Made by a program: the position numbers and the translations under genes
Shown: positions 35,681 through 48,884 of the stretch, piece after piece
Layout of the letters: each line of letters starts with the position of its first letter
How positions within the stretch are numbered: position 1 is the stretch's first letter
Assembly: GCA_965644295.1 (NCBI GenBank)
Contig: CBFFRP010000288.1
Location: 124,001-188,000 of the forward strand
Origin: Paraphysomonas bandaiensis
Taxonomy: Eukaryota; Protista; Chrysophyceae
DNA length: 64,000 nt
Direction of reading: 5' to 3'
Notes under the pieces: generated by a model
Databases searched by the model: none
What the model was told of the DNA's origin: nothing
The model's input: only the letters and a program-made list of their open reading frames with translations

Positions 35681-36410
35681 CAGGGCTGCGTAACAATTAA
35701 TTGCAATTTAATTGTGCCAATTACTGTCTCATTAACTTATTTACTCATTACTGTCTTATTTACTTATTTACTAGCACGTATAGCATCTTCAACCGTACTT
35801 GCATTCCACAGAATCTATTCAAGGGCCTCTAATCGATGTGTTGCCATAGGTATGCGCAAATCACTCATGTTGATTTTTGCTCTACTGAAAAGCCTTTCTA
35901 CACAATGAGTAGTGGTGAAATATCCAGGTCTTCGACTGCAACAAACAGTAAGAAGCCTTGATAATCCATGTCCATACTGCTGCACATCCAGCTCGTAGTG
36001 AACTACAATCCTGCAGTGTCCTGTGAGACAGGGTCGGAAGAACATGATTGCCACACTACTTATATATTATATATATCTAAAACTAAAAGGGCATTGAGCA
36101 TTACATGTATACTATGGATCGAGCTGAACTAAGTTTTGTAGGTCATAATCGACCGTTCATAGAAACAGTACCTCTCTTAATGTAAGTAAAACATTTTAAT
36201 GAGAGGCCAATCTTCCCACCATTGTAATAGTAGTCATTAAGGGCAATAAATGGCCATCGCCCTTAATGTTTTCTAACTGCTAATTCTAATATTATGTGCT
36301 TATACTATATAGTTCATATTAATTGCCAATTAATTGAAATTTAAGTGAAAACTTCCAGCGAGCAATTATAATTGCAATTATTACGTATATCTCATGCAAT
36401 TTAATTGATG
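35681..36410 (-). mobile_element. Degenerate hAT (family C-like)
   Basis: TIR CAGGGCTGCGTAACAATTAATTG at 35681; minus-strand TTHCVERLFSRAKINMSD; CAATTAATTG motifs near 36325-36405; second end eroded. Confidence 0.8.
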
Positions 36411-36770
36411 CGTATGCAGGGAAGCAATGAGGACATGAGATCTAGAGTAATCAAGTAGAATAATTAGTAGTAACATGTATAATATTTCCCATACACTTAT
36501 TTTCACTGTATTTCGCAGTACTATTCTAAGTTACCCGCATCTTATTATCTCATGGATTATCTCTAAGTTGCATAGGTGCATTATATCATTCAACGAAATA
36601 CATGCAAGCAACGTACTTCTACACTCTAAACTGACGCCAAAACAATACAAAGTGCCGACAACAGGTGAGAATTATATTGAATAATATTAAGCTATTTAGA
36701 AATCATGTCAACCTGAAACTGTGATTGTCATCGCGATTTGCCGTCGGCTCTATACGGACTACTATATAAA

Positions 36771-38669
36771 CTAGCGCTTACGAACTTTTCCCCTTTTATT
36801 TCCTTTTTTCAATACGCTTTTCACTATGGTATCTGCATCTTCCGCCTCTGCGTCTCTACTATCATGGTCTCTATCCCGTCCTCTCTTTTTCCCCTTCTTA
36901 CTGGCGTCTACACTCTGCATTTCTCTCAGTTCCTTAGAAGCGATTCGTTGGGCTTCTGTTACTCTTTCCAATAAGACCAGCACAGTTTGCTCATCCGCTG
37001 GGAACTACGAGGTACATCAGTGTGCGAATAATAAAATCTCATAAATTGTATAATACGAAACACTTATTAGCATAGGATTCAATAACATGGTGAAAACAAT
37101 CGCCAACAATTATAATTACTTACCTCTGGTAGCCGTTGTCCAATAAGAGTTTCCAGTCTTTGATATGCCTCGACGTCGTATTGAGTTACAAAGGCAACAG
37201 ATCTACCTGCCTTTCCAGCTCGCGCAGTACGCCCCACTCTATGCACATTGAAAAACAGTAAGAAGAGATACCAACAGTCAAAAGACAGTGTCATGTGAAT
37301 AATAACAAAACAACTCACATACATAATATTCATACTGATAATCAAACAATACACTGTGGTAAGCATCCATGGCTTCTGATATACACCTTACCTGTGCACA
37401 TAGTCCTTGCCATGACTAGGGATATCAAAATTGAGAACCATATCTACATTAGGAATATCAAGTCCTCTGCTAGCCACATCTGTAGCAACAAGAATATTCC
37501 TTGAACCAGATTTGAATTTATTAAGAGCTCCTAAACGCTTCGGCTGTGACATTTGCCCATGTAAACACACAGCTGAGAACCCTAGTGATCTCAAGAGCAG
37601 AGTTACTCTAAGAGCATTATTACACGTCGCGACAAATATAATCGTGCTCTGTCCCTTAAATTCATCCAGAACGTAAGCTAGATAACAATCCTTCCACTTG
37701 GCCGGGATGAATAGATATTGTTGAATCAAGGTCTGTGAATTGATTAAAAACATGGATTGCAGCTTCTTCACACAACTGACACCAGAATATTGAATATAAT
37801 AAATACAAAAAACACAAAAATAAAACGGATCATGAATAGAATTACATTACAGACTATAAGTTCATGCGCATTCTATACCTTTGGGGTCTGAAATTTGTTT
37901 GAGACCTCAACCTTGACAGGGTTAATGAGGGAAGCTTTCTGAAGCTTTGCAACTTTAGATGTCATTGTAGCACTAAATAAATATGTTTTTCTATCCCGTG
38001 GAAGCACCTCCAGGATTTTATTGATTTCGACTTCAAAGTCCATGGACAACATTCTATCCGCCTCATCCTGAGTCACACGTAAGTCATATGACACATACAA
38101 TAAAATTGCTTCTCAGTATCAGCTCAATACACTTACCATGACTAAATATTTAAGGGAGCGCAGTGAAAATCCTTTTGTATTTTCTAAATGATCAACTAAA
38201 CGTCCAGGTGTGGCAACAATTATATGTGGCTGTTTGGCTAATGCAATAGCTTGAGTCATCATGTCGATACCACCAACCACACACACTGTACGCAGTGATA
38301 TGGCCGCACCAAGGGCTTCAAACACTTCATTAATCTGAAAAGCTAATTCTCTTGTAGGTGCAAGTACAACAGCAAATAATCGAGTAGGTCTCTCTAGCAG
38401 TGCTTGTAGTATAGGTATAGCAAATGCCCCTAATCACAGCATAACTACATCATCCACATATATGTATTCACTAAACCTGTCTTTCCACTACCCGTTTCTG
38501 CAAGACCAATAATATCTCTCCCTTGTAATGCTTCTGGGATTGAATTTTGTTGGATTTCAGTGGGTTTAGTCCATCCAAGTCCTTCAATAGCCTCACATAA
38601 CACTTCTGTTACTCCTAGACTTGAAAAAGTCACATCTGCTTGTTCATTATCACTCTCTGAATCAGTCAT
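36771..38669 (-). CDS. RRP3: DEAD-box RNA helicase RRP3/DDX47, multi-exon
   Basis: [73 protein letters not shown]. Confidence 0.95.
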
Positions 38670-39256
38670 CTGATGGATGGTGTTTGTTATATTGTATTCT
38701 ATGATAATTAAGGAATGGAATGGAATGGAACTGTTTTCTGGATGATTGCTAATCAAGTGTACATATACATACATACACATACAGTGTACATATACTGGTC
38801 GACATCTATGTATACATACATACACACCCACACCATATCAAGACTTCAGAGTGCACTGTAGACCAATAAAAAACCTATCAGATAACCAACAAAAAAATAT
38901 AGACTTCAGTGGTGGTCAGATCGATCATGTATCTATAGACAAAAAAAATAGGAGTTGAAAGCGTGGCTGGTAATTGTTTATATATATTTTTGGCTATAGA
39001 GAGATGTATGTATGGGAGTGTATGTAGAGCTGGGTGTTGTTTGCATGGATAATAGTGTATACATCCCATCAAATGATGATTGCATATATATATATATATT
39101 TACAATATAATCTATAGTTTAAAATATTATCAATTCCATTTATTTTATGTGTATTGAAGAATGCATTTCAATTAACTCATAAACAGACATTATTATATTG
39201 TAATCAGTATTTATAGACAGTGTTAATCTTAGCCACTGCTAGTGTATTTATATACA

Positions 39257-40786
39257 ATGAGTGGTGGATCGAAACACGACAAAGATGGTGATGATGAACA
39301 ACATGCTGGATATGCATGGCTAGCTTTTTGTGTGATTGGGATGGTGTCATCCCTTACACTCTATGGTCTTGCTCTCGAATATGCGACGAGTGGTGGCAGG
39401 ACATTGCATGAAATATCATTCGTGTTTGTTACTACATCGATATATTCAATGACTGCTTTCATTGCGAGATGGCTGTTTGGTGAGAAACCAACTACTATAT
39501 CGAAGTATCATATGCTCGTTTTATCATGTACGTCCATTGCATCTACGTATACATCAGTTCGCTCCCTGCGATACGTCATATATCCCGTTCAAGTGCTATT
39601 TAAGTCATGCAAACCCGTACCAGTGTTGCTTTTCAACAAGTTACTTGGCAAGAGATATCCTTTCCGTAAATATGTAAATGTTATGATTATTACTTCCGGG
39701 GTAGCATTATTCATGGGGGGTGGAACATCGTCCAGTGCCAATAATTCAGGTGGGGAGTCGACTCTGATCGGAGCTATTATGCTGTCAACATCTCTCTGTT
39801 TCGACGGGGCGACAGGTGCTTATGAGGATAAACTAATGGGGAAAGATCACGTCGGACCATTCGACTTGATGTACAATATTCAATTTGGAAAAGCTGTTAT
39901 ATCCTTTATCACACTAGTTGCTGTGAATCAGCTCGGCATGTTTGTGTCAACTCTGCAGAATGATGCTTTTGTATTAATCCTCTTGGGACTGACGGGAGCA
40001 CTCGGACAGGTAACCGCCATCATATATGTATTCTATGAACGTTTTATACATATGTCTGCAATATCTTTTCCCGGTACTGAGGGACGAGTCATCGTCTCAT
40101 TGACGCTATCGGCGTAACCTATTGCTATATCAATTACACTACATTTCTAATGAATTAGAGAAATTTATCTCTAAATCACAGGACTGTAGTGGCACATTTT
40201 TGTACTTGCAACAACCGTATGCATTTTACTATATCATCTTAACTCATGTGTATAGGTCTTTGTCTTCGTTACGATATCTAAATTTGGTGCTCTAAACTGC
40301 GCTTTAATTGGCCTATGTCGAAAGATGCTCAGTTTGGTTCTATCATTTTTGCTCTATGGACACACGTTGAATGCTATTCAGTCAGTTGGGCTGTGTTTGG
40401 CTATTGTTGCTATGATCGCTAACTTTTACGAGAAGGTGTGTATACGACGTGATGCACTTGCTGTTGATGTCAAATTAGATTGCTCTATGCATTTGACCTC
40501 ATGTTTCCGTTTTCTGTATATCAACCTATATAATTGGGACGTTATCTTGTAGGGAGGAAAAAAGAAACCCAAGGCCGATGAGAACGCGGAGGCACCACCT
40601 GAGGAGAATATTCCACTAATGGATATGCAGGACGAAGAAGCAAATAACAGCGAGAATGAAGGTGCTGATGACACACCTAAGGGAAATATCAAGAGTCTTT
40701 TAGACCTTGAAGAGGACGAATCATCTAGTGGTGAAAAACGGGTTGATATGAAGAGGAGGGTAGAGTTAAAAGAAAACTCAGTGTAG
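39257..40786 (+). CDS. UAA-family (SLC35B-like) nucleotide-sugar transporter, 3 exons
   Basis: SLRYVIYPVQVLFKSCKPVPV, FDGATGAYED, GALGQVFVF..ISKFGAL, RKMLSLVLS; multiple TM helices; acidic C-terminal tail. Confidence 0.9.
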
Positions 40787-41550
40787 TAATAGCGCAGATT
40801 ATACAATCTATCGAAATTGCATTCTAGTTTAATGTAGAAATGCATGTAATAATAAGGTGGTATAGTTGTTGATAACCTTATCTGTAGAGTGAACGAGTGA
40901 ACCAATAATTCAATTTTAATCTCCTTCTACATATACTTTTAACATCCTTCTCTTAACACAAGCTTCATTCTCAGGAAACAAGAAAAATCATACCTATGTT
41001 GACATGATGAGGCTCAAACGGCTTACGGTATTGTGGGTAAACTTCCAACCATGACATTGTGTTGTTAGTTGTTGATGGAAGGTGCCCTCACAAACTATTA
41101 CTCTCCTTCACACTTATAAGAACCACTGCTTCCTACTGTATGTTTTCTTCTGTTGTATGTCTTCATTCATAATCCATAGTAATACAGTCTATAGTCTATC
41201 ATATTCCGATTACATTCAATATCATTGAATTGAGTTTAGGATTTAGGGATGCCATTATGAAATATATGATACGATAATTTGCACCATGTTTATTTCTCCT
41301 TGCGTAGTAGTTATGAATAGGACAGACTTCTGCTAAATCTTCACTTTCTACAAAATATAAAGCCATGCAGCTAATGGCTTCATAGCAAGTCCTTGGCAAC
41401 TGATATTCGCTAGTTAGTTAAAAACATCGCAACACAATATAGCTGTCCACGATATAATCAAATTAATGATAGAGTCCGAGTAGTGTTAAATAATCAAAAT
41501 CAGTCAAATAAAAATAGTTTCAACACTATGTTTTGTACAACTTCAACAAC

Positions 41551-42034
41551 TTAGGCCCCCAGAGTTTCAACCATGACTTCCTCAGTCTCCTCCTCCGTCG
41601 CTGTATCAAATATCAGAACAATAAATTCGTTTTTTATAATAGAATGTCACAACAAGCTTACCTTCTGATGCCATTGCACCACGCAAATCAGCAATAACTC
41701 CATACTTTCCATTGGTTGGTATAATGTCATCTCGAAATAGATATTTGGAGCGCTCAACAAACTGAGACAATATCTTTTGAGTACTCTTAATACGATCTTC
41801 CAAACCTGATATGATCTTAATCTCTCGTTCAATGCTTATAATCACTGAATCATCTGCTATTTGTTCTGTTGCAAAGTGTTTGAGTTCATCTGATAATCGA
41901 TCAACACGTGCATGTAGCTGTTGTTCAAATGATTCAATAGCTGTAGTATATAAATCAATTAACTCTGTTTTCTTTGTTTTAAGAGCAGCTAGTCTATCTG
42001 ATAGAAGTGGTGAAGCTTCCATGATTACTGACAA
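41551..42034 (-). CDS. Hypothetical small coiled-coil protein, 2 exons (~140 aa)
   Basis: ORF with donor GTAAGC at ~41661 and an in-frame short last exon ATEEETEEVMVETLGA-stop. Confidence 0.55.
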
Positions 42035-42524
42035 GTTGAGATGAATGATATTTATTGATATCTATAGCAGTTTACGGTAATGATGTGTGATATATATGTG
42101 TGTATGTATGCTGTGCAGTGATAAGGTACGTAGGTGTTTCTTATGTTACAATGTATATGTTACATACTGCATATATATATATGTGTCATACTCGAGATAG
42201 AAGATAGATTCTATAGAGTATGTGATATGGATATTTACAGTGTTTATAGTGAAGTGAAATGAAATGAAAAACCTGGCAAATGAAATAAGTTTTTTATAAT
42301 ATACAGCGTTTTCATTGGCTATTCGATCAACTTTCCAACTTTCATTATTCCTTTACATGGTCAGTGAATATATTCACTTATGCATGTTAGACTACTACTA
42401 TAAAGGAACGATTAGACATGAGTGAGTATGTATACATATTCATATGATATATATGCGTATAATCCTTATGGAATATTCATTGAGCTTATATAAACATCCC
42501 ATTAAAGGTATCGGATAAATAATC

Positions 42525-44409
42525 ATGTTTACCAAGAATGAATTACATACTCATACAAGTGATACTGATTCTACAACTGATTCCATGTCACCCATTATCC
42601 TTCCATCACATATGAGTCAACAGGACTCTCAGTTCTCATCTATTGATATATTATCTCAAATTGATATTTCAATGAAAACATGTCCATTTAACAATCCTTC
42701 AAAGGATCATATCGATTACATTCCGAAGAATGATACATCTAAACAACAGAAAGATAGCAAACAGATTAATAGTTCCGTTATAAGTGCTCTGAAGCGGCTT
42801 CCTAATCGACCTTCATTATGTACTATACATAAGTGTTATAAGATACATGAAATTCAATGGATATGCTCGGAGTTGATGGATGTGGATGTTGCCAGTTTGA
42901 AGAAAAGGGGACTTTGCCAAATATTATTCCAAAGAATACTACATTGTGGCTCTGTTTCTAAATATATTGCTTCACTTGGCAGCACCAAGAAATTGTCCTC
43001 GTTTAATGATACAAAGCCCCTCATACCATGCCCTTTAAGCCAACTGGGCAGTGCGGAATTCTCTGAAAATGAGAATAATCCTTCTCGTTTGACTGAAACA
43101 CATAGAGAGTATATTTCAAAAATGCCTGATATGAGAAGGAATAATGACAGTGATGAAAAGAACTACTTTGGGATGTGCGCCAGTGCGTCCTCCATTCAGT
43201 GGGTCGAACCTGATGAAGGTCGTATTATACACTTGCTGTATTATATATAGTTTATTTACTTTTAATATATTACGTGCAATACCAGAGATTAAAAGAACAT
43301 TGATTGCATCTGATTGCCGGATGGCTTCATCAGTCAAAGAAGGCCTTTGGGATCCAGTGTATGATAGTAAGTACGAAAGCATGTAATATTTAGTTTTACT
43401 ATCAATAGTATTTGTCTACGCATGTAGCGATACAAGACTTTCTATACTATTGCATAAGATAACCATATATTTTGTTCATCAGATATAAAGTCTATACTGA
43501 AAAGGAAAAGTGTTGTGGACGAAATGGACCTACTACTGAGCCGTAAAAGCACTCGTATGTTGTGCATCTGTCATGATATGTATATATAGATGATTTAGTA
43601 CACATACTACATTCCTTATATATAGCACTTTAGACCTCTAGCTTGTGTAAGTATACCGTTCTTTAGGTTTTGCGATACCTGGCAATCGAGATGAGTCATG
43701 CATGCTACAAACACAGTTCGTAAAGCCGGAACTCTTGTCAACACAGTTTTCAACACCGTTCGGTTGTGATCACTCGAAGAAGCCTTTGATAGTAAGTAAA
43801 GTTATGCCTGCAGAAGGCTGCACTAGGGCAACTCAAACATGTAATACATATGAATGGAACAACTGTATGTGCACACATCATAGGGAACGTCCCTCATCCA
43901 CTGCTCTACCGAGGAGTACAGTACAGAAGTCCTTCCTATTGGCTGTCAAGAAGGTTACTTTTGAAAATTTGGAGCTAGGGGTGACATTCGAAAAGGTACG
44001 ATGAATACATACAGTTGTACCAATCAGTACAACATCTCTATACTATTATGAAATTTGAATTATCAGAACTCTTATGAATTGACATTGAATGCTGTAATGT
44101 GTCACTGATATTGCAGAGAATATGTTATACAAACAGTGAGGCTGCAATAGTTCAGAGAATATCCAGAGAGTATTTGGATCCGTGCATCTACAAGTTTCTC
44201 TCGGTGGGAGATTGTATTGTTAAGGTATAATGAGTTAAACAAGAAGTGTGAGATGTCATACCAATGTATTTCCCTGTGTTGTTAATACGATATTTGAACA
44301 TATTGTGTAGATTGGAGGACAGTCTGTTGAAGGCTTAACTTTTTTGCAACAAGTACACATGATTAAATCTCATCCACGGCCTCTGGAACTAGAGTTTGTA
44401 ACAGTATAG
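42525..44409 (+). CDS. Hypothetical multi-exon protein with C-terminal PDZ-like domain
   Basis: Spliced tail ELGVTFEK...LSVGDCIVKIGGQSVEGLTF..QVHMIKSHPRPLELEF matches the PDZ pattern; GT-AG introns keep the frame. Confidence 0.7.
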
Positions 44410-44830
44410 ATTATGTGTTTTACTTACACTGTCCAGTTTTGGGGTAATATGTTGTTTTAGCGTATTCTTGAATCGACGTTAAATAAACTACACATAATTC
44501 GTCTGACACATTTTTTGCCAAAATTAACGATATTTCAATATCCTACGATACTTAGCTACAACAACAAATATACAAAACTGATACATATATTGGATAGAAT
44601 TCGGTTTTATTATATATCAAAAATCTCTACCAGGAAGCATAATCGAGTCGAAGAGAACTAAATACTCATGTTCATCCCAACCTACGAGCTATATATACTC
44701 ACACATTGTAACACATAGAAGATAAAGGACAGCGGACAAACCCAATGCACCATTACTTCTACATTGTACGCTACTGCAGTCATATGTCTGGTCCCTCCAT
44801 CCCATGATTCCTTGGTGTTATATATAGCGC

Positions 44831-46157
44831 TTACATGTTCTGGCACTGGACACGTTGGCCTCCCCTTGCGTCTTCATCATCTTCTTCGTACGACTCCTGT
44901 TGCATCCGATCGTTGCCTTGTCCGAATTGACTAATATCTACCTCTGTCATATTGCACTCCTCCTCCTCTCCGGAAAGCATAGGCTCCCTGCCTGCAGGCA
45001 GGCATGTGCGCAGTGCGTCGACGGTCTTTTTCGGAAGGGTTGATGGAAATTTGACGCGGAAGAGACAAAATAAACGACCTTTGGTAAAGGGATTGCCGTG
45101 ATAGGGCATACCCTCCCCATTGATCATTTGCACGGAATCGGGTTTAACAACTTTACCCGGTGGGGAGTCGATTCGGAGTACTCGTCCATCCATGTGAGTA
45201 ATAGTTTTCGTGAATCCACAGAGTGCTTCGCTCAGCTCAAGATCGATAGTTGTCACCAAATCGGACCCCTTGCGTTTAAAGGAGTCGTGTTCTTTCTCCT
45301 GAATCACGAAAATCACATCTCCTGCAATTGTGTCGGGCAGTTCGTCCGCCTCTCCCGCAAAACGAATTTTCTGACCATTCTTCATGCCCTTCTCGATATT
45401 AACCTCGAGTACCTTGCGATCTTTGTAGGTCTTCTTTCCCTTGCAAGAACGGCACTTATCCTTCTCATCAATGATTTTGCATGATCCCTTGCAGGTTGGG
45501 CACGAGGACTGGATTTGTTGCACCATACCCGGGCCAATCTGACGCAGTTGCACACGTACGCCTCGGCCGTTACAATCCGAACAGTCGCGCTCACAGCCAA
45601 CTTTTCCACCTCTACCTTCACAATCCTCGCAAAGCTTGTTGCGATTAATGGCAAGTCGTGTGGTCTTGCCATTATATAAATCTTCCAAAGATGCCTTAAT
45701 GGGATGCACAATATCCTCTCCCTTCTGAGGCCCTTGAGGTCCACGACGACGACCACCACCAAAGAACATAGAGAAAATATCTTCTGCAGAATGTCCTTCC
45801 CCACCTTGTCCTTCTAGTCCTTCCATACCGTACTTATCATACTGTGCTCTCTTTTGTGGATCAGATAATATTTCTGCAGCAGCACTGATTTCTTTAAACT
45901 ATTAAGACACCTATTAGCCAATCACATCCCCTAAACGACTCCCATCCTACCTTCTCTACATCTCCACCTTTATCAGGATGGTGTTTCAAAGCAAGTTTTT
46001 TATAAGCACGCTTGATTTCACTCTCATCAGCATCCTTCGAGACCCCTAGAGCCTTATACAAGCCCTCATTGTCCACAGGGCCAGATCTTCCACCCCCTCC
46101 CATACCACCAGGCATACCCCCACCAAAATGTTCAAATGGATCACCACCAAAAAACAT
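44831..46157 (-). CDS. DNAJA: Type I DnaJ/Hsp40 (DnaJA/Ydj1-like), 2 exons
   Basis: HPD motif, G/F region, four CxxCxGx repeats, C-terminal CaaX (CQNM). Confidence 0.96.
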
Positions 46158-46611
46158 GTTGAATTGTTTATATATTTATATAGTATGAAAATAATAATAT
46201 ATAGAATGAATTGGTATATATGACCACTGGACGGTCTACGAAAGGAACATGGACTTTGCCTTGTTTTTCTCTTGTCTCTATACTCAGCAACATTCCTTTT
46301 CATCCTGTAGTTTTACTCTATGCCTTTCTAGAAGTTACCAGAAACGTCTTCATTTTTTTATTAGGAAATCTTGAAAAGATTTCAGTTTTTATGGAGAGTG
46401 TGTCCAGTGTTGTGTGTACTGTTCTGTCTATTTAGGGCATAGTACCTATCGATTACTTTACCCACATACCTACATACATACCTACAGTACCTACCTACCT
46501 ACCTACATACAGAGTACCTCAGTAGATCATGGATCATGCATGTGTTGTATTAAGGTACATATATATATATATATATATAAGTGTGTCACTCTACTTAACA
46601 TATACATCAAC

Positions 46612-48033
46612 ATGATCCCAAACTCTCAAACAACAAACACATCTATTAATCTAATAAAACAAATTAATTCAAACTTAGATGATCGTATTAACACTATTAT
46701 ACACCTTAATTCCAAGTATCGATCCATCTTACAGTGTCTTGAATCACTGGAGACTGATAACATCATACAACATCATACTGAATCACAGAATCAACAACAT
46801 CATACTGAATCTAAAGAAACTTATAAAGAGAGTATTTCTTCTACCAGTTTAAGTCTTCCTGTTGAGTTAGATAGTATCCTTTCTAGAGCTAAAGACATAC
46901 GCAGTCATGATAAGGGCTCATATAAGCGAAAGAATACAACCAAACGTGTATCTAAAGAGTCATCTGTAGTGGATAAAGTGAAATCTCCTATGAAAACTAC
47001 TCAAGTGCAAGGGAAGAGTGATGATAAAGAGACGAAACTCAGTTCTGACCGCTCGACTGCAATGAAGTCTCCTCATACGAATGCATCTTCTGCAGCTCCA
47101 GAATATCAAAAATCTTCATCAAATACACAAATTTTTGCCATGCAAAAGCAAGTTAAATTGTTATGGGGAAATAAGTGTGCTATTTCACCATTTCTTCATA
47201 CTTTGCCAACCAAGAATTTATATTTGAGCCAGATACATTTTCTCACACTGCTTTCTCAGCACCCTTCTTTTCCTCCGAGTGTAGTTTACAGGGTAGTATG
47301 CCGCTATATATCTAAAATTCCTGGGTTTATATCGTACAACACGAATACCAAGTTTCGCCTACACGCTTTGGCGCAGTGTTTGTCAGATGTTCGACAAGCT
47401 TACGAACGGTCTACCCAAAGTAAATTACGACGTGTGTCAGTTTCAGATTTGACAGTCGCTGAAGGGAAGTATGTGTTTATGTGGTGGTATTTGTGTCGTG
47501 TATGTATTGATGTATATGAGCAAGTAGTGTTGGAACGTGCAAGGGGTAGTAGACGTAAAGGAAATGGTACCAAGCAATTTCAATTTAGCAACACAAGAAT
47601 ATCCTCTGAAACCGACCGTCTTCGCTATCTAATCCGAGATATGGTTCAGAGAATGCCACTTCAGTGTCACCTTCCAGCTCTATCAAGTGTAGGCTGCGGT
47701 CATAATTCTGACTGTAGCTGTTGGCTAGATCATTGCCTGAAACGAGTTGGAGTGCATCATAGTGCAATGCAGAGTAGAGTGAAATATGTTGTGGAGACAA
47801 TTATCAGTAAGCTGATGCTGCGAGATGTGCTGCGCGAGCTGAAATCATGCTGTGCTGAAGTCGCAAGTGGTAGGGAAGATATGTCATCTGCGCACTGTAG
47901 TAGTCGCAGTAAGAATAGTGATGTAGATTTGCTGCACTGGAAAGATGCACTTCGTGGTCTACAAGCGGTTGAAACTTGTTTACTGCATAGTGCGAAAAGA
48001 ATAGGTCCTACTATATTTTTTAGGAAAGAATAG
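46612..48033 (+). CDS. Hypothetical protein (~473 aa), intronless
   Basis: Long ORF, first plausible ATG at 46612 (MIPNSQ), divergent from DnaJ; no family recognised with confidence. Confidence 0.7.
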   Translation: MIPNSQTTNTSINLIKQINSNLDDRINTIIHLNSKYRSILQCLESLETDNIIQHHTESQNQQHHTESKETYKESISSTSLSLPVELDSILSRAKDIRSHDKGSYKRKNTTKRVSKESSVVDKVKSPMKTTQVQGKSDDKETKLSSDRSTAMKSPHTNASSAAPEYQKSSSNTQIFAMQKQVKLLWGNKCAISPFLHTLPTKNLYLSQIHFLTLLSQHPSFPPSVVYRVVCRYISKIPGFISYNTNTKFRLHALAQCLSDVRQAYERSTQSKLRRVSVSDLTVAEGKYVFMWWYLCRVCIDVYEQVVLERARGSRRKGNGTKQFQFSNTRISSETDRLRYLIRDMVQRMPLQCHLPALSSVGCGHNSDCSCWLDHCLKRVGVHHSAMQSRVKYVVETIISKLMLRDVLRELKSCCAEVASGREDMSSAHCSSRSKNSDVDLLHWKDALRGLQAVETCLLHSAKRIGPTIFFRKE

Positions 48034-48129
48034 TTGTAATTCTGAATCTTCTTTTTTAGTAGTAAACTCTTTCGTTTTGATTTGCCGTCACACATTTTGC
48101 ATCAGTGGCAATTTATTGACTACAAAGGT

Positions 48130-48588
48130 TGATGCTTGTCATGGGTCATAGATTGCGTTCGATTTGGACGTTTCACTGAAGGTAACTATTTTCAACTTAT
48201 TCTTGCTTTGTCGAACACAATGCACTTTCAAGTAAAAATAATAGTTATTCATCTAAACAACATATTCATGTAACATCTAGTGAACATCTGTTTGCTCACT
48301 GCGTTTGCGTTGAGTGATAGAGCAAAAAGTGCTTGCGGTGATGCACAAGCAGCTTTCGTAGCGCTAAATGTAGTAGGATATCAGGGTTAAGCACTAGTTT
48401 ATTTAATTGTTTTGCTACATTTGTTCTGACACTTACGCACCTATTGATTGCTAATAATCAGACAGTCGCTACTAATTTCTTTGTTACTTTAAGCACCCGT
48501 TACGCCTGTGAGTTGACTTCACCAACTGCACACTATTAACTCACTTCAATTGCACTGTATATATCACATCATACTGCAGAACTCAACA
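48130..48588 (-). repeat. LTR-like dispersed repeat
   Basis: Ends GCAGAACTCAACA (reverse complement TGTTGAGTTCTGC); homologous to 16883-17200. Confidence 0.55.
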
Positions 48589-48884
48589 TATATATTATGT
48601 AGTTACACATAATATTATTATGAAGTATATATCACACATCACACCAATACGTTTAATATTAAGTCGAGGTAATACCAAAACCTGGGTTTTGATGTAAAAC
48701 CTAGTGAAATTTTTGGTGATGGTCGGAAAAGGGTATAACTATGCACAATAAGTAACTATGAATTTAATAACAGTGTGAAGAGTATTATTTATAATATTTT
48801 TTACTAATTTCTTCCATATTACTTCAGTTTTACAGCAATAAAAGTCACCGACTACACAATATATTACATACACTTCACAAGTAT

